A DNA stretch of 32,000 bases, from the NCBI RefSeq assembly GCF_013365455.1, contig NZ_CP046578.1, forward strand, positions 810,001 through 842,000. Reading direction: 5' to 3'. How positions within the stretch are numbered: the stretch's first letter is position 1; each line of letters opens with the position of its first letter. This document shows, one piece after another, positions 1 through 10,131 of this stretch. The translations under genes were made by a program, and so were the position numbers. The notes under the pieces were generated by a model, which saw only the letters and a list, made by a program, of their open reading frames with translations, did no database searches and was not told the DNA's origin. The DNA comes from Wolbachia endosymbiont of Dirofilaria (Dirofilaria) immitis (GTDB taxonomy: Bacteria; Pseudomonadota; Alphaproteobacteria; Rickettsiales; Anaplasmataceae).

Positions 1-1
1 T

Positions 2-673
2 CACGTTTTAACTTCAGGCTCAAAAGATAAGAGTATTCTTCTCGACGTCCTACCCTTATCACTTGGCGTAGAAACTATAGGAGGAATAGTCGAAAAAATT
101 ATACCAAGAAATACGCCACTACCAGTTTCAGAGACAAAAGAGTTTACAACTTATGCTCACGGGCAAACAGCAATGAAAATTCATGTTTGTCAGGGAGAAC
201 GTGAAATGATAGAAGATAATAAGTCTCTAGCGCAGTTTGAGCTAAAAGGCATACCTCCACTACCTGCAGGTTCTGCAAAGGTTGAAATAGAATTTACAGT
301 TAATGTTGACGGGATATTAGCTGTTACTGCAAGAGAAAAAAGCACTGGCATTGAACAGACAGTTGAAATAAATTCAAGCTTTGGCTTAAGTGAAGCTGAG
401 ATTCAAGATATGGTTAACCAATCAATAAATAATTTTGATGAAGATATGAAAGCTCGCTCTCTTGCAGAAGCCAAAGTTAATGGAAATAAATTTATACATT
501 TGATTGAAAGCAATAATAGTCTTTTTATTGACCAAAGATTAAAGAACTTACTACAAAACGCAAAAAATGCCTTACAGGAAAATGATCTAAATAAAATCAA
601 TAATGCTATCACTGAGTTAGAAAACTTTTCTTTAAAGTTACGTAAATTAACAAATAGACAAAGTTCTACATGA
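2..673 (+). CDS. hscA: Fe-S cluster chaperone HscA (Hsp70 family), C-terminal part; 5' end lies outside the window
   Basis: The frame is open from base 2. The translation (LLDVLPLSLGVETIGGIVEKIIPRNTPLP...IHVCQGEREMIEDNKSLAQFELKGIPPLPAGSAKVEIEFTVNVDGILAVTAREKSTG) is an Hsp70 substrate-binding domain. The LPAG motif, the KAR-LAE-KV segment and the short non-acidic tail fit HscA rather than DnaK (family recognition from memory). Confidence 0.8.
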   Translation, partial: HVLTSGSKDKSILLDVLPLSLGVETIGGIVEKIIPRNTPLPVSETKEFTTYAHGQTAMKIHVCQGEREMIEDNKSLAQFELKGIPPLPAGSAKVEIEFTVNVDGILAVTAREKSTGIEQTVEINSSFGLSEAEIQDMVNQSINNFDEDMKARSLAEAKVNGNKFIHLIESNNSLFIDQRLKNLLQNAKNALQENDLNKINNAITELENFSLKLRKLTNRQSST

Positions 674-1421
674 TGCTATGCAGTATCCTATTTAACCGCA
701 AAGCAATAGGTATTCTAAAATTAAACGGTAACCAATCAACCTTTCTCAATTTAAACGATAAACCAACTATGCTTACACGCCCAATTATATTTTCCATTGG
801 TACAAAACTAATTTCAGGAAATCTGCTATCAAAGGAATTATTTCTATTATCTCCTAAAACAAAAAATCGATTATTAGGAACATAATAAGCTGGGCTATTA
901 TATGATAGTTCATTAGAAATACTATCTATTAAAATCTCATATTCTCTCTCATTTGGAAGTGTTTCTACGTATCTTGGTATGCTACGATTTAACTCATAGT
1001 CAAAGAAGTCTTCAACCCGTTTTCGCTTTACTTTCTGATTATTGAGGTATAGTTCTCCTTCTATCATTTGCACTTTATCACCTGGTATCCCTATTACCCG
1101 CTTAACAAACCTGATGCTGTCGTTTCTTGCAGGTTTAAAAACTATTATATCACCACGCTTTGGAGAAGTATAAAAGATTCTACTGTCAAAAACGTTCGGA
1201 GAAAACGGAAAGGAGTATCTACTGTAACCATATGAATATTTACTAGCAAAAATATAATCCCCCTCAAGCAGAGTGCTTTTCATAGAACCAGAATAGATAT
1301 GAAATGGCTCAAATAAAAAACTACGTACTGATAGCGCAATTAGCAACAAAAAAAATAATGAAGATAAAAACCTTCCTGTTCTCACTACCCAATCTTTCCT
1401 TAATTCCCTCAACTTTTTCAA
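666..1421 (-). CDS. lepB: Signal peptidase I
   Basis: 251-aa ORF with an N-terminal TM segment (FLSSLFFLLLIALSV). It carries the catalytic Ser box SGSMKSTL, RGDIIVF, the Lys box FVKRVIGIPGD and GDNRNNSFDSR. The start codon is TTG. The 3' end overlaps the hscA stop by 8 nt (convergent). Confidence 0.9.
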   Translation of the reverse strand: MKKLRELRKDWVVRTGRFLSSLFFLLLIALSVRSFLFEPFHIYSGSMKSTLLEGDYIFASKYSYGYSRYSFPFSPNVFDSRIFYTSPKRGDIIVFKPARNDSIRFVKRVIGIPGDKVQMIEGELYLNNQKVKRKRVEDFFDYELNRSIPRYVETLPNEREYEILIDSISNELSYNSPAYYVPNNRFFVLGDNRNNSFDSRFPEISFVPMENIIGRVSIVGLSFKLRKVDWLPFNFRIPIALRLNRILHSIM

Positions 1422-3430
1422 CTTTGCTTTTCCTATAAATGAAATTTATTATACCATGTAAAAGTGGCAACGCAAAATTTACTCATGGATGTTATTTCCC
1501 TGCTACTAAATCTGAATTACATAAATTAGCTTCACTACTTACACTTTAAAAAGCTTTTGTTACCTGCTTTGAATAATAAATATTTGAAATTAATAAAAGC
1601 TAAAATATTAGCTAAAATTTATAAACTATACTTAATAAATAAGGGAATTCAATATACTTTACCTAATATAGCAAAGATTAAACTTCAGTATGTCGGTCAC
1701 TTTAGGTTGCAGACATTAAAGGAATTATTCGCTTCTACAAAAAACAGAAACATTAAAGAGTTTTTTTTAGGATAACAATAAAATTAACGATAAAAGTGCA
1801 AAAAAAATCAGTTGAACTAACATATTTACTTTGCTTGAGTTAAAGAATAGCAAAATTAGTAAAAATAATAAGCTGTCTATTATAATTGCTTATGCTGGCT
1901 TACTGGTTGAATTTAGATATAACTTCATATGGGGCTGTTGCCTTACCTCCCAGCTATTTTGTGTCACTGGAGTAAAAAAACTTAGGCAAGCTTTCAAACA
2001 AAGCAGACAAAGCTCTTTATAGATTACTAAGTACTAAAATACCACTATCTTCTCTAAGGAAGTTGGCTTATATTAAATCCACCGCAATTATTCTCCTTTA
2101 GGATCGTACCCTTCATGCAAAAGAGAAAAATCAAAACTTATTACTATTCTAAATTTAGAGTAGTAATATTAATTTGCTTCAAATGTTCTGGTTTAATGTT
2201 ACTTTCAACTAATAACGTATCCACTTTTTCATCTTCTCTACTGTTTGTCAACTCTAAACACAATAGCTTAATAGTGACTCGGCAAACCTGGTTCAATACT
2301 CTTTTTTTTAATAAGAGAAGAATAATAATGATAGCTAAATAACTCGCAGGAATTTGGACCTTACTTTTTGCATAACTTAAAGTTACATATTTACATTCAC
2401 CCTAGCCATTTGAATAAAACAAATTATATTTTTTATATTTAAGAAACCTATTATCAAGTATATCACAAAAAGTTAGCTTACAATTATCAGATTCAACAAT
2501 TTCTAGATACCATAAACCTCTAAGATATAATTACCTTTTTTTGTAATAAGATTATGCATGACTAACCCTTAATGAGGATTGTAGCAACCTACTTTTATCA
2601 GAGTAGCTATAGCATTACTATTCAAGACAATAGCTGCTACCGTAAATACAGTCTCCGGTAGTTTTTCTTTCTTTTGCAAAGAGCAAATTTCTTCTTTGCA
2701 CTATTAGTATTTTTAAATGCTATCGCCTATTATTAGCACACCACATATATTTGTATATATTGATACTGACAACAATCATACGCTAGAAGAGAACTCCAAC
2801 TTTCGTCTGATATGTAGATAATTTTAGAACAATCCGTATCACTATACCCTCTATATATAAAATAATAGTACCTTCTTTTTCCATAATCCTTTATAGCATA
2901 AGATCACTTTCATCATATCTTTTCACTTTTAGAAATGAATTACCATACACATAAAACCACTTTATCGCTCTTCTTCTTCAACTTTAAATCATTAGCTCTT
3001 TACCTCAATCACATAACATGTGATGCCAATAATATATAGATTAACACTTTCCTTTAACCTATAATATATATAAGTAGGAAGTTTAATTAGCTCTTTTATA
3101 GAGCAGGTTTTTATTATCTATTTCAAAAAAACAATACTATTTATTTCTACTAAAACCTACTTCAGTAATTTATTATCCTAAGTAGATAATACCCCCCCAC
3201 AATTAGTAGTACTGAAATGAGTAGAAGGAGTCACAATTATAAAACTTCTCATCATATATACCACATTTACAGCAAAATTTTTCTGCTTTAAACTAAAACA
3301 CACTTTTATCTTTCTCTGTAACCTACATTTTCTATACCTTAAGTGTAATTAATTTACAAATATTAATTATTTGTTGATAATGATACACAAGTATAGTTAC
3401 AAGATTGTAGATAATACTGGAATATTTAAA

Positions 3431-4609
3431 ATGAACTACATTATTAATACATATAATAGGTTTAATATTCCTATAGTCAAAGGAAAAGGAGTATACCTTT
3501 TTGATAGAGATGGTAAAAAATATTTAGACTTTGCTTCAGGTATTTCTACAACTTCCTTGGGACACTGTCATCCATATATTATAAATAAGTTAAAAAAGCA
3601 ATTAGATTCGCTGTGGCACTGCTCTAACATTTTTACTATCCTTCAGCAAGAAAAGCTTGCTAAGCGTCTAACAGCACTCACTTTCGCAGATAGAGTTTTT
3701 TTTTGCTCAAGCGGACTTGAGGCAACAGAGGCCACAATCAAATTTATTCGTCGTTATTTTTATTTAAAAGGCCAAGAAAAGCGTTACCGTATTATTACAA
3801 TTGAAGGAGGGTTTCATGGACGTAGTATTGCTGCAATTTCTGCTGGAGGAAGTGAGAAATCGCGCGAAGGTTTTGCTCCATTCCTTCCCGGCTTCGATAA
3901 AGTACCAAGAAATGACATCAAAGCATTAGAGAAAAAGATCAGCAATGAAACAGCTGCTGTATTTTTAGAACCTATACAAAGCGAGGGAGGAGTATATACA
4001 TTAGATGTAAAGTACCTTCAAAAAGTGAGAGAAATAACAAAAGCCCAAGGGATAATTTTGTGCTTTGATGAAGTACAATGTGGATATGGACGTGTCGGTT
4101 CTTTATTTCATTACCAGAATATAGAAATTGAACCTGACATGTTAACTTGTGCAAAGGCTATGGGCAATGGATTCCCTATAGCTGCATGTTTAGTAAAAGA
4201 TTATGTAGCAGAAGCAATTACTCCAGGAACCCATGGATCAACTTATGGTGGTAATCCTCTTGCTATGACTGTTGGCAACGCAGTGCTCGATATAATGCTG
4301 AAGGAAAGTTTTTTCGATCATGTTAGAAGAGTTAGTAAATACCTGAAAGAGAAACTGCTGCCTTTAACTAAAGAATTTCCAAAAATAATCTCAGAGATAC
4401 GTGGAGAAGGTTTGTTGATAGGAGTAGAGCTCAAGGCACCTTTTGCTGATAAAATTGTCAGCCGATCTCTTGACAAAGGTTTAATAATGACTAGAGTTTT
4501 AAATAACAGAGTGATAAGAATAACCCCTCCACTTATTGCTGAGGGTAAGCATGTGGATGCAGCATGTGATATACTCTATAATTTATTTTTTGAGGCTAAA
4601 AATATGTAG
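3431..4609 (+). CDS. argD: Class-III PLP aminotransferase, acetylornithine/succinyl-diaminopimelate aminotransferase type (ArgD/DapC)
   Basis: The ORF track opens at TTG 3371, but ATG 3431 (MNYIINTYNRFNIPIVKGKGVYLFD) matches family N-termini better. Motifs present: GHCHP, SSGLEATEA, FDEVQCGYGRVG, PLP-lysine context LTCAKAMGNGFP, and HGSTYGGNPLA. Confidence 0.85.
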   Translation: MNYIINTYNRFNIPIVKGKGVYLFDRDGKKYLDFASGISTTSLGHCHPYIINKLKKQLDSLWHCSNIFTILQQEKLAKRLTALTFADRVFFCSSGLEATEATIKFIRRYFYLKGQEKRYRIITIEGGFHGRSIAAISAGGSEKSREGFAPFLPGFDKVPRNDIKALEKKISNETAAVFLEPIQSEGGVYTLDVKYLQKVREITKAQGIILCFDEVQCGYGRVGSLFHYQNIEIEPDMLTCAKAMGNGFPIAACLVKDYVAEAITPGTHGSTYGGNPLAMTVGNAVLDIMLKESFFDHVRRVSKYLKEKLLPLTKEFPKIISEIRGEGLLIGVELKAPFADKIVSRSLDKGLIMTRVLNNRVIRITPPLIAEGKHVDAACDILYNLFFEAKNM

Positions 4610-4714
4610 ACGTTCTAAGTATATGAAACCTAACTATACAGGACTTCAAATTTGCAAATGCTTCTTGTAGTGTATAAATAACTCTGTTTTTTGTCACAGC
4701 AATATTATATTTTA

Positions 4715-6001
4715 ATGGACCGGTTATTGATTTTAGTATTATCAATAATTTTTGTTTTGTTGATTTTATCATTTTTATTTTCAGGTGCAGAAATAGGGTT
4801 AACCTCAATTAGCCGCTCTCGAGTTAATAAATTAAAGCTAGACGGTAACAAAAAAGCTAAGGTAATTGACCGCTTATTAAACAAAAAAGAATTAACAATA
4901 GGTACAATATTACTCGGCAATACAATTATTAATATCACTTGTTCCGCTTTACTTACAGCAGTAGTCATAAATTTTTTTGGGAACGAAGGCGTCTTTCTAT
5001 TAACAGCTACAATGACATTTTGCATCTTGCTGTTTTGCGAGGTATTACCAAAAACTTACGCAATGCAAAATCCTGAGAAATTTACATCATTTTCTGCCTA
5101 TTTTGTGCTATTTTTTGTCAAGATTTTCTCCCCATTGACATTAGGTATCCAGTTTATTGTCAATCTTATTCTAAAGTTATGTGACCCCCATAAGGATAGA
5201 GAGGTTATATCTGCAGCAGATGCAATGCGTAATATGATTGCTCTCCATCACAGTGAAGGTACCATACTACAGCAAGATTTAGATATGCTAAGCAGTATAC
5301 TTGATCTTGCTGAAACAGAAATATCAGAAATTATGACCCATAGGAGAAATCTATTTTCTCTTGATATAAACCGAAACAAGAAGGAGCTAATAAGAGAAAT
5401 TTTAACTAGTAGTCACAGTAGGGTTCCTCTATGGAAAAAAGAACCTGATAACATTATTGGAGTAGTTCACGTAAAAAACTTAATAAATGCTTTGCGTAAA
5501 AAAGACAACAGAACAGAAGAGGTTGACATTGCTCAAGTTATGTCAAAACCTTGGTTTATACCAGAAAGTACACCGCTTAGTGTACAACTGCATAATTTTC
5601 GTAAAAACAGGAACCACATCGCATTTGTTGTTGATGAGTATGGAGCATTGCAGGGAATTGTAACTCTTGAGGATATACTGGAAGAAATAGTTGGAGAAAT
5701 CTCCGATGAGCATGATTTGATCACAGAAAATTTTATAAAGAAAATATCTGATAATGTATATCACATAGAAGGGAAATCTACTATTAGAAATATTAATAGG
5801 CAGTTGCACTGGAGTCTTCCTGATGAAGAGGCTATAACTTTAGCAGGCATGATTGTAAATAAAATTGAGCGTATTCCTGATGAAGGTGAAGAGTTTTCCA
5901 TGTATGGTTTTTACTTTAAGATTTTGAAAAAAGATAAAAACACTATTACTGTTATTGAAGTGCGAGTAAAAATTGACAATACTGTAACAGCAATTAATTA
6001 G
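4715..6001 (+). CDS. HlyC/CorC (TlyC-like) family transporter: CNNM/DUF21 membrane domain, CBS pair and CorC_HlyC domain
   Basis: The N-terminus has several hydrophobic helices, followed by tandem CBS-like segments ([12 protein letters not shown]...; [25 protein letters not shown]) and a C-terminal CorC-type domain. ATG 4715 is more plausible than the TTG at 4691 used by the ORF track. Confidence 0.8.
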   Translation: MDRLLILVLSIIFVLLILSFLFSGAEIGLTSISRSRVNKLKLDGNKKAKVIDRLLNKKELTIGTILLGNTIINITCSALLTAVVINFFGNEGVFLLTATMTFCILLFCEVLPKTYAMQNPEKFTSFSAYFVLFFVKIFSPLTLGIQFIVNLILKLCDPHKDREVISAADAMRNMIALHHSEGTILQQDLDMLSSILDLAETEISEIMTHRRNLFSLDINRNKKELIREILTSSHSRVPLWKKEPDNIIGVVHVKNLINALRKKDNRTEEVDIAQVMSKPWFIPESTPLSVQLHNFRKNRNHIAFVVDEYGALQGIVTLEDILEEIVGEISDEHDLITENFIKKISDNVYHIEGKSTIRNINRQLHWSLPDEEAITLAGMIVNKIERIPDEGEEFSMYGFYFKILKKDKNTITVIEVRVKIDNTVTAIN

Positions 6002-6268
6002 TTGAATTTTGTGGAAAGCACAGTAAAAATAACAGCTGATAAGTTAAAGGGCTATATAGAGAGAATCGAAAAGCTTGAACAAGAAAAGAAGGGCATACAA
6101 GACCACATTCGCAACGTGTACGTAAAAGCTGCAGACGAAGGCTGGGATATAAAAGTGATGAAACAGATTATTAGGCTAAGAAAGATGGATAGCAATGATA
6201 GAGAAGAACAGGAAATGCTGCTAGATACCTACAAACGTGCATTAGGAATGAGTTACGAAGAAGACTAA
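6002..6268 (+). CDS. DUF2312/UPF0335 (GapR-like) small nucleoid-associated protein
   Basis: 88 aa. LKGYIERIEKLEQEKKGIQDHIRNVY...IIRLRKMDSNDREEQEMLLDTYKRALGM matches the DUF2312 family as I remember it. The TTG start directly abuts the preceding TAG stop. Confidence 0.75.
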   Translation: MNFVESTVKITADKLKGYIERIEKLEQEKKGIQDHIRNVYVKAADEGWDIKVMKQIIRLRKMDSNDREEQEMLLDTYKRALGMSYEED

Positions 6269-6895
6269 GTGAATAATAGAATTGTAATTGGAATAAGCGG
6301 AGCATCTGGTTCTATCTATGGTGTACGTATCCTAGAGACATTAAGGAAAGTTAGTAAATCTCTTAAACTTACTACAACAGATTCCAGCACCATGCGTTGG
6401 AATGACACTAAATTAGATTATGAAACTCATCTAGTAATAAGTCGTGCTGGAAAAATAACCATAGATCATGAAATTACAAAAAGACTTGAAGATATTACAT
6501 CACTTGCAGATTTTTACTACTCCGAGGAAAAAATAGGAGAAAAGATAGCAAGCAGCTCATTTAAAACTTTAGGGATGATTATTGCTCCGTGTTCTATAAA
6601 GACAATGTCTGAAATTGCATCAGGCGTTACTTCTAATCTATTAACAAGAGCTGCTGATGTAACATTAAAAGAAAGAAGAAAATTAGTTCTCATGGTACGA
6701 GAATCACCATTACATCTCGGTCACTTGCAAAACATGTTAAAGCTAACAGAAATGGGAGCAATCATTGCTCCACCAGTACCAGCTTTTTACATTAAACCAA
6801 AGTCTTTAGAAAATATTATCAATCACTCTATTAGCAAGGTATTAGATTTGTTTGATATTAAATTACCTAATCTCAAAGAATGGCAAGGAGTATAG
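6269..6895 (+). CDS. ubiX: Flavin prenyltransferase UbiX
   Basis: Motifs [62 protein letters not shown] and PPVPAFY are present, with a WQG C-terminus. The GTG start abuts the preceding TAA stop. The protein carries an extra ~20-aa segment relative to E. coli UbiX (see findings). Confidence 0.88.
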   Translation: MNNRIVIGISGASGSIYGVRILETLRKVSKSLKLTTTDSSTMRWNDTKLDYETHLVISRAGKITIDHEITKRLEDITSLADFYYSEEKIGEKIASSSFKTLGMIIAPCSIKTMSEIASGVTSNLLTRAADVTLKERRKLVLMVRESPLHLGHLQNMLKLTEMGAIIAPPVPAFYIKPKSLENIINHSISKVLDLFDIKLPNLKEWQGV

Positions 6896-6899
6896 TAAA

Positions 6900-7781
6900 G
6901 TGGCAATTATTATTGACGGCAAAAAAATAGCAAACAGTTTACATGAAAAGTTATCAAAAAAAATTAATGTTTTAAAAAGAGAGCATAACATTTTCCCTTG
7001 CCTTAAAGTGATTCTTGTGGGAAACAACCCAGCAAGTCAGGTCTATGTTCGCAATAAACAAAAAAAAGCAGAATCAATAGGTATAAGCTCTGAAACTATT
7101 GTTTTACCTGATAATATTTCAGAAAACAAATTAATTACAAAAATTAATGAATTAAATATAGATCCATCTGTTCATGGTATTTTAGTACAATTGCCTTTAC
7201 CAAAGCATATCAATGCAAGCAGAGTAATTAACATAGTAAGTGTTAAAAAAGACGTAGATGGTTTTCATGATGAAAATGTTGGAAGATTAGTTAAAGGTGA
7301 AAAAAATTGTCTTATACCTTGCACCCCTAAAGCTTCCTTATATTTGATCAAATCAATTGAAAAAAACCTTTCTAGCAAAAATGCAGTTGTGATTGGAAGA
7401 TCAAATATTGTCGGTAAGCCAATGTTTCACTTATTGTTGCAAGAAAATTGCACCGTTACTATCTTGCACTCACAGAGTAGAAATTTAGCTGAGTGTTGTT
7501 CTAAAGCAGATATAGTAGTTGCAGCAGTTGGAAAGCCAAGATTCATTCAGGAAGATTGGGTAAAAAAAAGTGCAATAGTAATTGATGTTGGCATAAATAA
7601 TGTAAACGTAGGAGGGCAAGCAAGGTTCATAGGCGATGTTGACTTTGATGGAATAAAAGAAAAAGCCAAAGCTATTACTCCAGTACCAGGAGGCGTTGGT
7701 CCAATGACCATTGCATTTTTGATGGTGAATACTGTTATTGCTACTTGCCTACAGAAGGGAGTTGATACTTCTGATTTATGA
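6900..7781 (+). CDS. folD: Bifunctional methylenetetrahydrofolate dehydrogenase/methenyl-THF cyclohydrolase FolD
   Basis: Motifs [59 protein letters not shown] and PGGVGPMT are present. The ORF-track start at 6852 would overlap ubiX by 44 nt. GTG 6900 ([11 protein letters not shown]) lies 4 nt after the ubiX stop and fits family N-termini. Confidence 0.9.
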   Translation: MAIIIDGKKIANSLHEKLSKKINVLKREHNIFPCLKVILVGNNPASQVYVRNKQKKAESIGISSETIVLPDNISENKLITKINELNIDPSVHGILVQLPLPKHINASRVINIVSVKKDVDGFHDENVGRLVKGEKNCLIPCTPKASLYLIKSIEKNLSSKNAVVIGRSNIVGKPMFHLLLQENCTVTILHSQSRNLAECCSKADIVVAAVGKPRFIQEDWVKKSAIVIDVGINNVNVGGQARFIGDVDFDGIKEKAKAITPVPGGVGPMTIAFLMVNTVIATCLQKGVDTSDL

Positions 7782-8345
7782 GTCAAGGTCTATCGCGCAG
7801 TAGTGTGGTTAGGTAGCGTAAAGGATATTAGAATAATAAAGTTAAAAATATGAATAACAATTTTTCCTTTGCTGTACTCAAGTATAACTTTCTATATTGA
7901 TTGTGATCTTAATTTACCACACTATAGTCCTAGTTGTAATCTAGATTTATCATATAAAAACTTGAGCAATAAAAAATCGTTGAGCAGCAGCAAATTTATT
8001 CCACTTATACTTGATGATTAGCCACTTAACAATAGAGTAGGCAATATTATCATCAATTGCCTGAAGAACTATGAGGCAAAAGAAACCATGTGTTAGGTAG
8101 AGTAAATCTTATAAAATTAGAGTTACTACCTTAAACGCCTTATAAGCACGTTTTAACCTGTACAGATAAAAAACCAATTTGTAAATGATATAAGATGTAC
8201 ATAGTACAAAATCAAACATAAAGACATCAATTACGTAATACTTCAGATTAAAAATAACTAAATATCCTCAGAAGATTAACAAAACTTACAAAGTAACTTT
8301 TGCAGTTTATATGAGCTACTTAGCTTACAGTTAATGTACGTTAAA

Positions 8346-8374
8346 ATGACATTTTTGCATCCGACTGCTATAAT
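8346..8374 (+). promoter_or_regulatory. Candidate sigma70-type promoter upstream of mrdA (ATGACA-N17-TATAAT)
   Basis: ATGACA at 8346-8351, a 17-nt spacer, then TATAAT at 8369-8374, about 95 nt upstream of the mrdA ATG. AT-rich background makes chance -10 boxes common. Confidence 0.3.
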
Positions 8375-8469
8375 ATTTAACACACTACCTTTGTAACACG
8401 TATAGTTATGTGTCGAAGTCTCTCGGTCTTTTTCTATCCATATCACAAAGCTATGTTTAAAGAGATCCT

Positions 8470-10044
8470 ATGCAAATAAAAAATAAAGTTTTTAACCGCA
8501 GGGTATTTATATTAGGTGGTATTCAACTTACTATCTCTGTAATCTTTAGTTGTAGGTTATACAATTTACAAATACAAAACAGACAAAAATATGAAGCGTT
8601 ATCTGACAATAATAGGACAAGAATCACCACAATTATACCTAAGCGAGGCAGAATTTTAGACAGGAATGGTATAGAGCTTGCAGTAAACAAAATTTCTTAT
8701 GTTGTCTTGTTTAATGGGCAAAAGACTTTTAGCAAAAAAGTCGATTTACAAACGTTATCAGAAATCGAATCTAAGATAGTAAAGCCATCAGAAATAAAAG
8801 TAACTGCTCTTTATAAACGTTATTACCCATTTGGTTCAATATGTTCTCACACACTAGGGTACACAAAAAAACAGCAAGATATGAGTGAAATGGGAGTGAG
8901 TGGCATTGAATATACATATGATAATATATTAAAAGGTGAACTAGGAAAGTCTAAGCAGGAAGTCAATTCTAAAAAACGTGTCATACGAGAATTGTTAAGC
9001 ATACCACAGCAAGACGGTCAAGATGTGCAATTGACAATTGACATTGATTTGCAAAAGAAAATTGCAGAAATATTTAAAGATCACAAGGGCTCTATAGTTG
9101 TAATGGACGTAAACAACGGAGAAATTTTAGCATTATATAATTCACCTTCTTATGATAATAATCTCTTTACTAGCAGATTATCGAATGAAACTTTGGAAAG
9201 CCTAAATACTCCTTCATTACCACTTATAAATCGTGCACTATCATTCCAAATTCCACCTGGCTCAATATTTAAAATAATAGTTGCACTTGCAGGTTTAAAA
9301 GACGGAATAATCACCCCAGAAGAAAAATTCTCATGTAGAGGCCACATGAAAATAGGTGAACGGAGATTCCACTGCTTGCAAAGTAAAGTTCATGGATACA
9401 TATCTTTAAATGAAGCAATCGCTCTCTCATGTAATACTTACTTTTATAATATAGGAAAAAAAATAAGTGTAGACTCCCTAGTAGAAACAGCCAGAAATTT
9501 TGGCATTGGTAGTGGTTCATTAATTGGAACGTTTAAGGAAGAAGCTCCAGGATTATTACCCGATAGAAATTGGCGTGCACGAAAATTATACTCAGAATGG
9601 TATTTAGGCGATACCATAAACTTAGTTATAGGGCAAGGATATTTACTTACAACACCACTACAACTTACAGTTCTTGCAGCAAGAATTGCAACAGGAAAAG
9701 AAGTCATTCCTCACATTGAAGCAAATAAACCAATACAAGATTTTTCCAACATTAATATAGATTATAAGTATCTTAGAATAGTCCAAAAAGCCATGTTTGA
9801 CGCAGTGAATACTAAAACTGAAGCTTATAGAAGAAGGCCCACACTTACAGGCGGTACACAAATCGCCGGCAAAACCGGTACACCAGAGATAAACTCGAGG
9901 GGTGAAAGTCATAAATTATTTATCGCTTATGGACCTTATTATAATCCACGTTATGCAATCTCCGTATTCATAGAGCACGGCAAAACCCCACGCCAAGATG
10001 TTGCTATAGCTAATGGAATATTACAACACATGTTTAAAAAGTGA
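8470..10044 (+). CDS. mrdA: Penicillin-binding protein 2 (elongation transpeptidase)
   Basis: N-terminal TM anchor (VFILGGIQLTISVIFSC) and PBP dimerisation region (RGRILDRNGIELAVN). Transpeptidase boxes are SxxK (GSIFK), SxN (SCN) and KTG (GKTGTP). Confidence 0.8.
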   Translation: MQIKNKVFNRRVFILGGIQLTISVIFSCRLYNLQIQNRQKYEALSDNNRTRITTIIPKRGRILDRNGIELAVNKISYVVLFNGQKTFSKKVDLQTLSEIESKIVKPSEIKVTALYKRYYPFGSICSHTLGYTKKQQDMSEMGVSGIEYTYDNILKGELGKSKQEVNSKKRVIRELLSIPQQDGQDVQLTIDIDLQKKIAEIFKDHKGSIVVMDVNNGEILALYNSPSYDNNLFTSRLSNETLESLNTPSLPLINRALSFQIPPGSIFKIIVALAGLKDGIITPEEKFSCRGHMKIGERRFHCLQSKVHGYISLNEAIALSCNTYFYNIGKKISVDSLVETARNFGIGSGSLIGTFKEEAPGLLPDRNWRARKLYSEWYLGDTINLVIGQGYLLTTPLQLTVLAARIATGKEVIPHIEANKPIQDFSNINIDYKYLRIVQKAMFDAVNTKTEAYRRRPTLTGGTQIAGKTGTPEINSRGESHKLFIAYGPYYNPRYAISVFIEHGKTPRQDVAIANGILQHMFKK

Positions 10045-10076
10045 TTCCTGTAAAGGATTAACTTATCCGTAAACCG

Positions 10077-10104
10077 TTGACAATCATTTACAGTTCGCTA
10101 TCAT
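10077..10104 (+). promoter_or_regulatory. Candidate sigma70-type promoter for the WH2-C-A gene (TTGACA-N16-TATCAT)
   Basis: Consensus -35 TTGACA at 10077-10082, a 16-nt spacer, then TATCAT at 10099-10104, 27 nt upstream of ATG 10132. It lies in the 87-nt gap after the mrdA stop. Confidence 0.45.
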
Positions 10105-10131
10105 TAGTATTGTGTTAATAGCGAGAGAAAA

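Noticed and set aside
1557-2342. Three small plus-strand ORFs in the lepB-argD spacer (1557-1775, 1831-2022, 2115-2342). Also two minus-strand ORFs at 15668-15856 and 15933-16142.
   Set aside because: They have no recognisable domains, Leu/Lys/Asn/Ile-biased composition expected from AT-rich DNA, and no ribosome-binding or promoter context. At best they are fragments of decayed genes, so they are not called as intact CDS.
2637-2700. Two small hairpins: CTACCG-N13-CGGTAG followed by a T-rich run, and TGCAAAGA-N10-TCTTTGCA. They could mark a small-RNA terminator in the spacer.
   Set aside because: The stems are only 6-8 bp with large loops and there is no upstream promoter or conserved RNA motif. 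This is within what AT-rich sequence gives by chance.
6852-6899. Upstream extension of folD (ORF-track start 6852). Likewise the upstream extensions of the CPA2 antiporter (25079-25165), argD (3371-3430) and the CNNM gene (4691-4714).
   Set aside because: The extensions overlap the preceding gene or add residues absent from family N-termini. Internal starts (GTG 6900, ATG 25166, ATG 3431, ATG 4715) fit conserved N-terminal motifs better.
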